From: Candidatus Aminicenantes bacterium
GTDB lineage: Bacteria > Acidobacteriota > Aminicenantia > Aminicenantales > UBA4085
Assembly (NCBI GenBank): GCA_963783665.1
Contig: CAWANZ010000007.1
Coordinates: forward strand, 92,793-156,792
Direction of reading: 5' to 3'
DNA: 64,000 bases
Positions 53,656 through 62,456 of the stretch are shown here, piece after piece; position 1 is the stretch's first letter, and each line of letters begins with the position of its first letter. Made by a program: the position numbers and the translations under genes. The notes beneath the pieces are model-generated. The model saw nothing but the letters and a program-made list of their open reading frames with translations. It had not been told where the DNA came from and did not search any database.

Positions 53656-54546
53656 AAAAAATGGCGTTGATCGGCCTCCTGGCCTTGGTGTTGATTTTTC
53701 CCGGCGATCGCCGCCGCGCCAAGCACCGCCGGCCAAGAAGCTCAAGGTTTTCATTTCCGTCGATATGGAGGGCGTCAGCGGGCTCGTCAATTGGGACGAA
53801 ACATCGACCTCGGGGAAGGATTATGATTTGTTCCGGCGGTTGATGACCGAGGAGGCTTCTGCGGCCGTCTCCGGAGCCCTGAAAGCCGGGGCGACGGAGG
53901 TTGTCGTCCGGGACGCCCATGGGACGGGCCGAAATATTCTCCCTGATGCTCTCCATCTCGAAGCGAAGCTTCTCCGCGACTGGTCGGCCGGCCCGCTCAG
54001 CATGATGGAAGGGATCGATGAGACGTTTGACGCCGTCATCTTCATCGGCTACCACGCCCGGGCGGGCACGCCCGACGCCATCCTCGACCATACGATGATT
54101 TCCTCCCGGCTCCTTTACGTCGCGATCAATGGAATCCAGATGCCGGAAGCCGGGATCAACGGGTTGATTGCCGGGATGTTCGGCGTGCCGGTCGTCCTCG
54201 TTTCGGGGGACAAGGCGATCGCCGCCCAGGCCCGGGAGCTTTTCGGCGAGGTGGAAACGGTCATGGTGAAGGAAGGGATCGGGAACGCCGAGCTCGGCGT
54301 CTCATCCGAGCAAGGGGCGGGAGATGATCCTGGATGGCGTCACGCGCGGCCTTGAAGCGGCTGAAGGATTTCAAACCTTACAAGCTTAGCCCGCCTTACA
54401 CCCTGGATGTCTCCTATATCCTGGAATCCGAGGCTCAGAACGCGACTTGGATTCCCGGAGCGGTTCGCAAGGACGCCCGCACGGTCAGCTTCAAAGCCGA
54501 GACCGTGATGGACCTGATGAAGGTTTTCCGCCTGGCGAGGCAGTAG
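53652..54546 (+). CDS. M55-family D-aminopeptidase (DppA-like) with signal peptide; at least 3 frameshifts
   Basis: KVFISVDMEGVSG..., VVVRDAHG and IGYHARAG. The C-terminal piece is in ORF 54334..54546. Confidence 0.75.
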
Positions 54547-54684
54547 TTCCGGTCTTCACGGAAAAGTGCGTGGATTGAAGTTAAAGCAGACCTTCTGAAT
54601 ATTTCTTTGCCCTGAAACTGAAAAAACCCGGACCGGGGAACGTCCTTCCCTGAGCGAGCGATATTTTCGTAAAAACTACAGAAA

Positions 54685-54703
54685 GCAACTGAATATCAGT
54701 TGC
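54685..54703 (+). promoter_or_regulatory. perfect palindrome upstream of hicA-2 (candidate HicB operator)
   Basis: gcaactga-ata-tcagttgc, 29 nt upstream of the TTG start. Confidence 0.4.
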
Positions 54704-54731
54704 ATTTTCTTTTCCAGCGAGGTAATATTCT

Positions 54732-54992
54732 TTGAGCAAGCGCGACAAGCTGTTAGCGCGATTTCTGTCTAAACCAAAGGATTTCACGTTTGGCGAACTG
54801 AGAACTCTTTTGGAACGATTCGGTTACCGGGAATTTGCGGCCGGGGCGACCTCCGGCTCAAGGGTGATTTTCATCCAGACAGCTACTGGACATTTAATCC
54901 GGCTTCACAAACCGCATCCTTCTGATATTTTAAAAAGATATCAGTTGGATGCGATCGAGGAATGTCTTAGGGCGAAAGGACGGCTTAAATGA
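54732..54992 (+). CDS. hicA: HicA-family toxin (long form)
   Basis: KDFTFGELRTLLERFGY...GSRVIF...LHKPHP...LKRYQL pattern. TTG start. 4-nt overlap with hicB-2. Confidence 0.75.
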   Translation: MSKRDKLLARFLSKPKDFTFGELRTLLERFGYREFAAGATSGSRVIFIQTATGHLIRLHKPHPSDILKRYQLDAIEECLRAKGRLK

Positions 54993-55330
54993 AGAACGTC
55001 ATGGTTTACCGCGAATTTGCCGGGTCGGTCCATTATGAATCCCACGACGACTTTTTCCACGGGAAAATCGAAGGGATCGACGATTTGATCACGTTCGAAG
55101 GCCGGTCGGTCGCGGATTTGAAGAAAGCGTTTCGCGAGGCCGTCGACGATTATGAGAAAATTTGCTTGAACGCAGGGAAGTCCCCCCAGAAATCATATCG
55201 TGGAACGTTTAACGTCCGTGTCCCGCCGGCGCTCCACCACGCGGCCGCCCGTGCCTCCCTTCGGCAGGGGCTGACCTTGAATCAGTTCGTCCGAAAAGCT
55301 CTTGAACGAAGCGTGAGCGAATCGCGCTGA
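54989..55330 (+). CDS. hicB: HicB-family antitoxin with C-terminal RHH-like tail
   Basis: YREFAGSVHYESHDDFFHGKIEGIDDLITFEG...FNVRVPPALH... typical of HicB (COG4226-like). Confidence 0.8.
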   Translation: MKNVMVYREFAGSVHYESHDDFFHGKIEGIDDLITFEGRSVADLKKAFREAVDDYEKICLNAGKSPQKSYRGTFNVRVPPALHHAAARASLRQGLTLNQFVRKALERSVSESR

Positions 55331-55351
55331 CCGGTTGCGGTCGACCGGTCG

Positions 55352-55388
55352 AAAAAAAAGGCCGCTCCCCGGAGGGAGCGGCCTTTTA
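55352..55388. terminator. bidirectional intrinsic terminator between hicB-2 and gltA
   Basis: A8 tract, 10-bp stem ggccgctccc-cgga-gggagcggcc, then T4. Confidence 0.8.
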
Positions 55389-55401
55389 CGGTTACAGAAA
55401 A

Positions 55402-56742
55402 TTACTTCGCCAAACTCGGAGAAGAGCCAGGGGCGGCCGCGGCGGCCTTGATCTGGCTTTCCACCCACTCGGTCGTGACGGACTTGGGCCGTTCGAGCGG
55501 CAGGCCGAGGGCCCGGCTCCAGATGAGCTGGGCCATGGTGCCCAGGGCCCGGCTGACGCCGAAGAACACGGTGTAGAAGTCGTACTCGGTGATGCCGTAG
55601 TACATCAAGAGGACGCCGGAATGGGCGTCGACGTTCGGCCACGGGTTCTTGGCCTTGCCGTGTTTCAGGAGGATGTCCGGGGCGACCTTGTAGATCGAGC
55701 TGACGACCTGGAACAGGTCGTAGTCGGGAAGGTGCTTGAGGGCGAATTCGCGCTGGGCGACATACCGGGGATCGGTCTTCCGAAGGACGGCGTGGCCGTA
55801 GCCCGGGATGACTTTTCCGCCATTCAGCGTGTTCCAGAGGTACTTGGACAGCTGTTCCTCGTTGGGAACGCCGCCGAGGTCTTTCATCGTGTCCATGATC
55901 CAGCGGAGAACTTCCTGGTTGGCCAGGCCGTGAAGCGGGCCGGCCAGGCCGTCCATGGCCGCCGACAGGGAGTAGTAGGCATCCGACAGGGCCGAGCCGA
56001 CGAGGTGGCTCGTGTGAGCCGAGACGTTGCCGCCTTCGTGGTCGCTGTGGATGTCCAGGTACAGCCGCATCAAGTCATAGAAATCCGGCTTGTCGTTTCC
56101 GATCTGGTGGGCCAGGTTGGCCGCCCAGTCGAGCTTCGGGTCGGGGGCGATGTACTTGGCGCCCTTGTAGCAGCGCATGTAGATGCGGGCGGCGATCTCG
56201 GGCAGCTTGGCGAGGATGTTCATGACATCTTCGAACATCGGATCCCAGTAATCCTTCTTGTTCATGCCGTCCCGGTAGCGGGCGGCGAACACGGAGTCTT
56301 TCTGGAGAGCCAAGATGGCCAGGGAGAACTGGGTCATCGGGTGCAAGTCCATCGGGAGGGATTCGAGCACCTTGATGATGTAGTCGGGGAGCTTGGCCCG
56401 CTGTTTCCATTCCTCGCCGAGGGCCAGGGCGTCCTCGAGGGTCGGGACGTCGCCGGTCAGCAGCAGGTAGAAGAGGCCTTCGACAAGGGGTTCTTCCGTG
56501 CCGGGGAGCTTGGGCAGTTTGGCCTGAAGCTCGGGAATCGTGAATCCGCGGAAGCGGATTCCCTCGTTCGGATCGAGGGCGGAGACTTCCCAAACCATGC
56601 TCTTGACGCTGCGCATACCGCCATAGGCCTGGGCGATCGTGCAGTCGGCGATCTTCATTTCGCCGTGTTCCTTGAGGATCTTCTGGATCCTCTCGCGCAT
56701 GGGAACCATTTTCCCTGCGAAAACTTCTTTTAGGGTTGCCAT
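55402..56742 (-). CDS. gltA: citrate synthase
   Basis: GYGHAVLRKTDPR, catalytic His/Asp contexts (SDHEGGNVSAHT), 446 aa. Confidence 0.93.
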   Translation of the reverse strand: MATLKEVFAGKMVPMRERIQKILKEHGEMKIADCTIAQAYGGMRSVKSMVWEVSALDPNEGIRFRGFTIPELQAKLPKLPGTEEPLVEGLFYLLLTGDVPTLEDALALGEEWKQRAKLPDYIIKVLESLPMDLHPMTQFSLAILALQKDSVFAARYRDGMNKKDYWDPMFEDVMNILAKLPEIAARIYMRCYKGAKYIAPDPKLDWAANLAHQIGNDKPDFYDLMRLYLDIHSDHEGGNVSAHTSHLVGSALSDAYYSLSAAMDGLAGPLHGLANQEVLRWIMDTMKDLGGVPNEEQLSKYLWNTLNGGKVIPGYGHAVLRKTDPRYVAQREFALKHLPDYDLFQVVSSIYKVAPDILLKHGKAKNPWPNVDAHSGVLLMYYGITEYDFYTVFFGVSRALGTMAQLIWSRALGLPLERPKSVTTEWVESQIKAAAAAPGSSPSLAK

Positions 56743-56968
56743 TCGATAAAACCTCCTTTATGAAATGGCCGCGGTGATCACCCCGATAAGGGACTCGGGA
56801 GAACATGGATTTTATCTGGAAAAGAGGGGCAAGTCAATCGAAAAAACGCGTTTTCAAGCCTTGGCGGCGGACTTTTTCCGGGTGACTTGGGCGGTGAGCT
56901 GACAACTTCTTGCTTTTTCCCGGGGCTGGGCCTATCCTTTGGAGGAACGCCTCTCAAGGAGGGCTAAG

Positions 56969-57523
56969 ATGCCCGCTTTGTTATTGTTCCTGATTATCAT
57001 CGCGGTTGTCGTGTTTTACGTCATCGGCCTGTACAACAGCCTGGTGACCCTGCGCAACCGTTGCGACAACGCCTGGGCCCAGGTCGACGTCCAGCTCAAG
57101 CGCCGGTACGATCTTATCCCCAACCTGGTCGAAACGGTCAAGGGCTACGCCAAGCACGAGCGCGAGGTGTTCGAAAAGGTGACCCAGGCCCGGAACATGG
57201 CCATTTCCGCCTCCGGAGTCAAGGACCAGGGCCAGGCCGAGAACATGCTCAGCGGCGCATTGAAGTCTCTGTTCGCAGTCGCCGAAGCTTATCCCGAGCT
57301 TAAGGCCAACCAGAACTTCCTCATGCTCCAGGAAGAGCTGGCCGGAACAGAAAGCAAGATCGCCTACGCCCGGCAGTTCTACAACGACATCGTCATGAAG
57401 TTCAATACGAAACAGCAGGTTTTCCCTTCCAATATCATCGCCGGGATGTTCCAGTTCAAGACCAAGGAATACTTCGAGCTCGAAGAGCCGGCGGCCAAGG
57501 AGCCGGTGAAGGTCCAGTTCTAA
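56969..57523 (+). CDS. lemA: LemA-family membrane protein
   Basis: N-terminal TM followed by [42 protein letters not shown] before ATG 56969. Confidence 0.9.
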   Translation: MPALLLFLIIIAVVVFYVIGLYNSLVTLRNRCDNAWAQVDVQLKRRYDLIPNLVETVKGYAKHEREVFEKVTQARNMAISASGVKDQGQAENMLSGALKSLFAVAEAYPELKANQNFLMLQEELAGTESKIAYARQFYNDIVMKFNTKQQVFPSNIIAGMFQFKTKEYFELEEPAAKEPVKVQF

Positions 57524-57569
57524 GTCCGGGCGGCTCTCACGGCCGCCTTCTCCGAAACGATACCCGGCG

Positions 57570-58460
57570 ATGTACGAGCAGATCGCGAGCAACAAGCGGC
57601 GTTCGATTTTCATCATCGCCTTTTTCGTCGTCCTGATCTTCCTCCTGGCTTGGGTGTTCGAGCAGCTTACCGGGATGGGGGAGGGAGGCATAATCTTCGC
57701 CGCCGTATTCGCCGGGATCTCGGCTTTTGCCGGCTATTACGCCAGCGATAAAATCGCCCTGGCCATCAGCCATGCCCGCCCCGTCACGAAGGATGAATTC
57801 CCCCACCTTTTCAATGTCGTCGAGGGTCTGACCATCGCCGCCGGAATCCCCGCCCCGCGTTGCTACGTCATTAATGACACCGCCCCAAACGCGTTTGCCG
57901 CGGGGCGAAATCCGGAGCACTCGGTCATCTGCGTGACGACCGGCCTTCTGGAAAAGCTCAACCGGGTGGAGCTTGAGGGCGTCGTCGCTCACGAGATGGC
58001 CCATATCAAGAATTATGACATCCGGCTTCAGACTTTGGCCGTGGTGATGGTCGGAGTCATCGCCCTCCTGGGCGACTGGATCATGCGGTCGGTCTGGTGG
58101 GGCGGGAAAGGCCGGAAAGTCTCGGGAGACCGAAGCGGCGCGGGGGCGATCTTTCTTGTGGTCGGCCTGGTCTTCGCCGCTTTCGGACCGTTGATCGCCC
58201 AGCTTTTACGCCTGGCGGTCTCGCGGCGGCGGGAATTCCTGGCCGATGCCTCGGGAGCGATGCTGACCCGCTATCCGCCGGGACTGGCCTCGGCTCTGCG
58301 GAAGATCTCGGCCGATCCCGAGCCGCTGGAGGCGGCCAACAAGGCCACGGCCCATATGTACATCGTCAATCCTTTGAAAAACCTCAAGGGCTCGCTGAAC
58401 AAGCTGTTCAGCACTCATCCGCCCATCGAGGAGCGGATCGCCGCGTTGGAAAAGATGTAA
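57570..58460 (+). CDS. htpX: M48-family zinc metalloprotease HtpX
   Basis: HEMAHIKNYD (HExxH), four TM segments, C-terminal STHPPIEERI. Confidence 0.92.
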   Translation: MYEQIASNKRRSIFIIAFFVVLIFLLAWVFEQLTGMGEGGIIFAAVFAGISAFAGYYASDKIALAISHARPVTKDEFPHLFNVVEGLTIAAGIPAPRCYVINDTAPNAFAAGRNPEHSVICVTTGLLEKLNRVELEGVVAHEMAHIKNYDIRLQTLAVVMVGVIALLGDWIMRSVWWGGKGRKVSGDRSGAGAIFLVVGLVFAAFGPLIAQLLRLAVSRRREFLADASGAMLTRYPPGLASALRKISADPEPLEAANKATAHMYIVNPLKNLKGSLNKLFSTHPPIEERIAALEKM

Positions 58461-58648
58461 TATTATTCTCCTCCAGATTTAATTGTTCGCAAATCTGAGC
58501 GCGCAATTATTCCAAAAAATCGCTTTCCCGGCGGACGGCCGGTTTATCGAGATGCGCTTCCCCTGGCTATATAGTTGAATATCAATATGATACGAGGAGC
58601 TCTTGAAAAAAAAGCCGAGCCCGGCTATAATCTTGCGGCCTATTAGGC

Positions 58649-58725
58649 GGGGCCGTAGTTCAGTTGGTTAGAACGCTGGCCTGTCACGTCAGAGGTCGCG
58701 AGTTCAAGTCTCGTCGGCCCCGCCA
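58649..58725 (+). tRNA. tRNA-Asp (anticodon GTC), CCA encoded
   Basis: Acceptor GGGGCCG/CGGCCCC, anticodon loop CTGTCAC, T-loop AGTTCAAGTCT, 3' GCCA. Confidence 0.9.
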
Positions 58726-58839
58726 CTCAAATCCCACCGCAACGGATACGCTTTTCGGCCCAGCGAAACCTTTAATTACGCCCGTGCGTATTTACGAAGG
58801 CGGCATTTTATCCTGCCTGCTTTCAAGGGGCGGGATGAT

Positions 58840-59259
58840 TTGGAGATGAGCATGTTCAAAATGTTGTCCGAAAGAAAATGGTTGGCGTTGATTGGAGGAT
58901 TGGCGGCCGTCCTTCTGGCGCTGCCCGGATTCGCGGCCCAAAGCGCGGCCGGCCAGGATCCGACAAAGGTTTATGAGAAGTTCCTGGGCAAATATGAATT
59001 CGACTTAAGCGCGATGGGCGGCGGCTCTCGAATCTTTGAATTCTATGTAAAGGACGGCGCCTTTTGGATCGAGTACGGCTTCACCTCGCCGGGGGAGCTG
59101 AAGGCGGTGACGAATACCGTCGATGAATTCACTTTCGACGAACCCGATGACGGGCTGATTAAGATCACCTTTCAGAAAGATACCGAAGGCAATTATTCGA
59201 AGTGTCGTTTCGTTGTCGAATCCCTGGGCGTGGATATCGTCGGCGATAAGATGAAGTGA
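58840..59259 (+). CDS. secreted hypothetical protein
   Basis: Signal peptide ...LIGGLAAVLLALPGFAAQ. The likely start is ATG 58852 (GGAG upstream). Confidence 0.55.
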   Translation: MEMSMFKMLSERKWLALIGGLAAVLLALPGFAAQSAAGQDPTKVYEKFLGKYEFDLSAMGGGSRIFEFYVKDGAFWIEYGFTSPGELKAVTNTVDEFTFDEPDDGLIKITFQKDTEGNYSKCRFVVESLGVDIVGDKMK

Positions 59260-59422
59260 ACGGAGCCGGATGATTCCGTCGCCGTCGTCAAGCTCCGAAT
59301 CATTTTTCTCCTCTTATTTAAATAGAATTCATCAGAATTCCGAGTTGTTGAATATTGAAGAGCGCCGCTGGAGCCTTCAGCGCAGTACTAAAATAACTAT
59401 AAACGCCCCGCCAAATCTTTTT

Positions 59423-59451
59423 TTGACTTGAGGCGGCTGTTTCCCTATACT
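59423..59451 (+). promoter_or_regulatory. strong sigma70-like promoter of the PqqD/precursor transcription unit
   Basis: TTGACT (59423-59428), exactly 17 nt, TATACT (59446-59451), preceded by an A/T-rich stretch. Confidence 0.6.
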
Positions 59452-59457
59452 CCCCTG

Positions 59458-59643
59458 GCGGAGAGGATTTCTGTCTTCATGCTTTGGCCTTCCACGGATT
59501 TCCGGGACCGGAACGCTCTTCGTCCGGGGGAGGAACGTCCGCTCAGCCGCCGGGCCCGGAGATTCCTATTCCGCGCGTTAAATAACCGGCGGAGCGCCTT
59601 CCTGCCCGTGGCCGGGTCTGATCCCTAAAAGGGAGAGATTGGC
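59458..59643 (+). promoter_or_regulatory. ~186-nt GC-rich structured 5' leader (candidate cis-regulatory RNA, class unknown)
   Basis: Helices ccgg(a)acg-ctctt-cgtccgg (59508-59527) and cgctc(ag)ccgccgg ... ccggcggagcg (about 59541-59553 with 59586-59596). The track ORF 59428..59628 starts inside the -35 box and is Arg-rich, so it is unlikely to be coding. Confidence 0.35.
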
Positions 59644-59922
59644 ATGATAATAACACTCGCGACGATCGTGAAGAAAAACGAGGATGTCATCGCCGGCAGC
59701 ATCGACCGGGAAATCGTGGCGATGAATATTCAGACCGGCAAATGCTTCCAATTAAACGAAACCGGAGGCCGCACCCTGGCCCTTCTCGATCAACCCCGTT
59801 CAGTCGGGGATTTGTGCGAGGAGATGGCCGCCGGATACGATATCGACAGGGAAATCTGCCGGAGGGATGTCATCGAATTCATCCAGGCCGTGGAAGAATT
59901 TGGCTTGATCAAGGTCGAATGA
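59644..59922 (+). CDS. PqqD-family peptide chaperone (stand-alone RiPP recognition element)
   Basis: 92 aa. The pattern ...DREIVAMNIQTGKCFQLNETGGRTLALLDQPRSVGDLCEEMAAGYDIDREICRRDVIEFIQAVEEFGLI matches the PqqD / lasso-B1 wHTH layout. GGGAGAG RBS. Confidence 0.85.
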   Translation: MIITLATIVKKNEDVIAGSIDREIVAMNIQTGKCFQLNETGGRTLALLDQPRSVGDLCEEMAAGYDIDREICRRDVIEFIQAVEEFGLIKVE

Positions 59923-60003
59923 CCGGCCCCTCTGACCCCAAGCGCCTCTTGCTATTTAAGAATTTATACCGTATCTTATAACGAGAGAGCGGGAGGTTTG
60001 CAA

Positions 60004-60150
60004 ATGGAAAATAAGAAAGATCAGAAAGAAGAGGGCCCTCGTCAATCGCTTCCGAAATGGGAAAAGCCTTCGGTGAAGGAAATCGATATTACAGTGGCCT
60101 CCGGATTGACCTTTACCTCCGTCGGCACTGATAATGTAATGTACAGTTGA
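60004..60150 (+). CDS. candidate RiPP precursor peptide, 48 aa (absent from the supplied ORF track)
   Basis: Own translation: MENKKDQKEEGPRQSLPKWEKPSVKEIDITVASGLTFTSVGTDNVMYS. GGGAGG lies 7 nt upstream of the ATG. It sits 81 nt after the PqqD gene. The WEKPSVKEIDI leader resembles PqqA (WxKPxhxxhxI) and lasso (YxxPxL...T-x) leaders. Confidence 0.7.
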   Translation: MENKKDQKEEGPRQSLPKWEKPSVKEIDITVASGLTFTSVGTDNVMYS

Positions 60151-60215
60151 AAGTTCGACGGAGCCCTCCCGGCGACCGTCCTAAATAACCGCTGACTTCG
60201 TGCGGCGGCGTCTTT

Positions 60216-60240
60216 CCTCTTCTGAAATCCCCGGAAGAGG
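60216..60240. terminator. hairpin between the convergent precursor and radical SAM genes
   Basis: cctcttc-N11-gaagagg stem. The flanks are T-rich on one side only. Confidence 0.35.
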
Positions 60241-60244
60241 GATG

Positions 60245-61273
60245 TCACTCTTCGTCGATATCGAAATCGTTCGTTTGCCGGTGTCCCATCGCCGTTACGA
60301 TCTCCTCGAGAGTGAACCATTGGTCGAATTTTTGAAAATCCAAGAACACTTCGCATGAGGCGCAAGGAATTCCGGCGCGGGCGGGGGCTGCTCCCATGAG
60401 CATTTGTCTCGCGTATCGCATTGCGCCGTTGTTGATCTCCTCCGCGAATCTTCCGCCCAGGGCGTTGTCGGCGTACACCCCGCTCACATTGTGACTGCAA
60501 CCGAGCAGCCGACCGTCCCAGCTGACCTGCGGAGACCTCCAGATCTCGAGACAGATGTTGCGCATGTAAATCTTGCCGGTCTTTTCCCGGAACGACTCCG
60601 TATCGTGAAATCCGATCATCCGCGTCAGGGCTTCATGATCGCGCACCGGGAGGAATCCCTTAAAGACATTAAGCTTGATGAAGAGTTCCATGCCCAGGGC
60701 TTTGGCCAAGACCGCGATCTTGCCGATCTCGTGTTCATTGTGTTCGAAGGGGATGAACTGGAGGATCAATCGAGGCCGGCCGCTTCGGCTCCGGTTTTTC
60801 AACTCGTTGATCTTTTGAACGTTGTTCAGGACTTTTCTCAGGTTCCCCCCGACCCGGTATGTTTGATACGTATCTTGCGTCGATCCGTCGATCGACACTT
60901 TCAAAAGCGCAACGCCGTACTTGACGAGGGCTTCCAAGGCTTCGTCGGAGGCGTCATTGAGGTTCGAGCCTTGTTTGATTGTGATCGTCACGCCCTTGTC
61001 ATGCGCGTATTTCAACATGGCGGGCAGCTCAGGATTGAGAAACACTTCGCCCGAATTTCCGATTTCGATGGCCCGGATTTGGGGATTTTCATCGATGAAT
61101 TCGATGAAGCGGGAGGCCGGCATAATCCCGCTCCCGATGAATGGCCTTCCCTTCCGGTGCCGGACGGGGCAGAGCAGGCAGCGGAGCTGACACCGGCTGC
61201 TGACATCAAGCCGTGCCGATTGCGGGTAGACCCGCAGGCCGTCAGCGCTTAATCGTTCTTCTCTGCCGGTCAT
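60245..61273 (-). CDS. radical SAM enzyme with partial SPASM/twitch-type C-terminal Cys domain
   Basis: CQLRCLLCP (Cx3Cx2C) about 30 aa from the N-terminus and the GGE-like motif GNSGEVFLNP. C-terminal CLEIWRSPQVSWDGRLLGC (Cx12Gx4C) followed by CASC. Start taken at the ATG overlapping the upstream stop (ATGA). An alternative in-frame ATG lies at 61291. Confidence 0.85.
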   Translation of the reverse strand: MTGREERLSADGLRVYPQSARLDVSSRCQLRCLLCPVRHRKGRPFIGSGIMPASRFIEFIDENPQIRAIEIGNSGEVFLNPELPAMLKYAHDKGVTITIKQGSNLNDASDEALEALVKYGVALLKVSIDGSTQDTYQTYRVGGNLRKVLNNVQKINELKNRSRSGRPRLILQFIPFEHNEHEIGKIAVLAKALGMELFIKLNVFKGFLPVRDHEALTRMIGFHDTESFREKTGKIYMRNICLEIWRSPQVSWDGRLLGCSHNVSGVYADNALGGRFAEEINNGAMRYARQMLMGAAPARAGIPCASCEVFLDFQKFDQWFTLEEIVTAMGHRQTNDFDIDEE

Positions 61274-62436
61274 TCCGCTTTGTTCAGACATGTCTTCGAG
61301 ATCTCCTTGACCGTTCGGGGTGAATCGTATCCCGAGTATTTTGCGGAAAAGGCGGCGGCCTTTTCCCGAAGGCCGGCCGAAGCGGCCGTGCAGTCGAACT
61401 TTTCCCGGACACGTTCGCTTTTGTCGAAAAAGCTTGCGAATTCGCATAGCCCCTGCTTTTGCAGCCGGTAGGCCAGGAGGGTTTGCTCGAGCTGTTCCGG
61501 ACAAAGGAGCAAGGGCTTGCCCGCAAGGAGCAGGCGGGTAGTCGTCGTCAGGCCTCCGTGCGTGACGGCCAGGTCGCATTCGGACGCGGCTCGTGAAAGA
61601 TCAATCGGTGAAGCGTGGATGCGGATCGTGGGCGATTCCATCATGTGCCGTTCGGATTCGGGCATATTCTTGACGTATCCGATCGCGGATAGTCCGAGCC
61701 TTCCGATATGATCGATGAAATCCTTGAGACAGCGATTGGCCATGCTCATATAGAATAATACCCTGGGCGTGCTTCCTTCCGGCCAGCGATAGTCGGCCTC
61801 AGTTCCACCGTCCAGAATCGGCCCCCAATACCGATCTTCCACCCGGTTTTCATAAGAATCGGTCTCGCGAAAGATCGTCAAGAAGCGTTGCGCGCCGCGA
61901 AAAATGTCAGCGACGGAATCGATCGAAGCCTCCACGCTTCGCAGCCTTTCCACGAGCATCGCTTCCGCCTCCGCAAGACGCATCTCCGGCAGAGAAAGCC
62001 AGGGATGGAGGCTGGGCATCGGGACTGCGGCCGGAGGGACGGTGAACCCTGTTCCGATAATCCCGCGGGGAATGGCGGAGGTCAAGGCGGACAGGAGGGC
62101 GGTGGGGGCATAATCCGAAAGGACATAATCAGGCTTGATCGCACGGAAGCGCTCCATCCACCATGCGAAATGAGATCGGAACAGCGCCTCGTCCCAGTAG
62201 CCGTTGCCCCAGATGCATTGTGCGAAGTTCAGCGAAAAACCGGTTTTGCGAATGATCCAGGCCGGGGTTTGCTCGATTTCAACGCCGAGCCCCTCCATGG
62301 CGACGCGGGCTTTAGCCGCATCATGACAAAAGACAACGACCCTGTTGCCGTCGGCAGTCAATTCCCGCGCGATCGGTTTGAGGCGAAGGATATGTCCCCA
62401 TCCCCCTCCCATCTCATTGGCGAAAACGATTTTCAT
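61270..62436 (-). CDS. GT-B fold glycosyltransferase (GT1/GT28, MGT/UDP-glycosyltransferase-like)
   Basis: MKIVFANEMGGGWGH N-terminal Gly-rich motif. C-terminal nucleotide-sugar motif THGGLTTTTRLLLAGKPLLLCP..EQ. Start moved to ATG 62436. Confidence 0.75.
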   Translation of the reverse strand: MKIVFANEMGGGWGHILRLKPIARELTADGNRVVVFCHDAAKARVAMEGLGVEIEQTPAWIIRKTGFSLNFAQCIWGNGYWDEALFRSHFAWWMERFRAIKPDYVLSDYAPTALLSALTSAIPRGIIGTGFTVPPAAVPMPSLHPWLSLPEMRLAEAEAMLVERLRSVEASIDSVADIFRGAQRFLTIFRETDSYENRVEDRYWGPILDGGTEADYRWPEGSTPRVLFYMSMANRCLKDFIDHIGRLGLSAIGYVKNMPESERHMMESPTIRIHASPIDLSRAASECDLAVTHGGLTTTTRLLLAGKPLLLCPEQLEQTLLAYRLQKQGLCEFASFFDKSERVREKFDCTAASAGLREKAAAFSAKYSGYDSPRTVKEISKTCLNKAE

Positions 62437-62456
62437 CGTCGGGGCCTGAATGATTC

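Noticed and set aside
59428-59628. The 66-aa ORF upstream of the PqqD gene as a second peptide or regulator.
   Set aside because: It starts with TTG inside the -35 hexamer, is Arg-rich with no RBS, and coincides with predicted RNA helices. It is treated as a non-coding leader.
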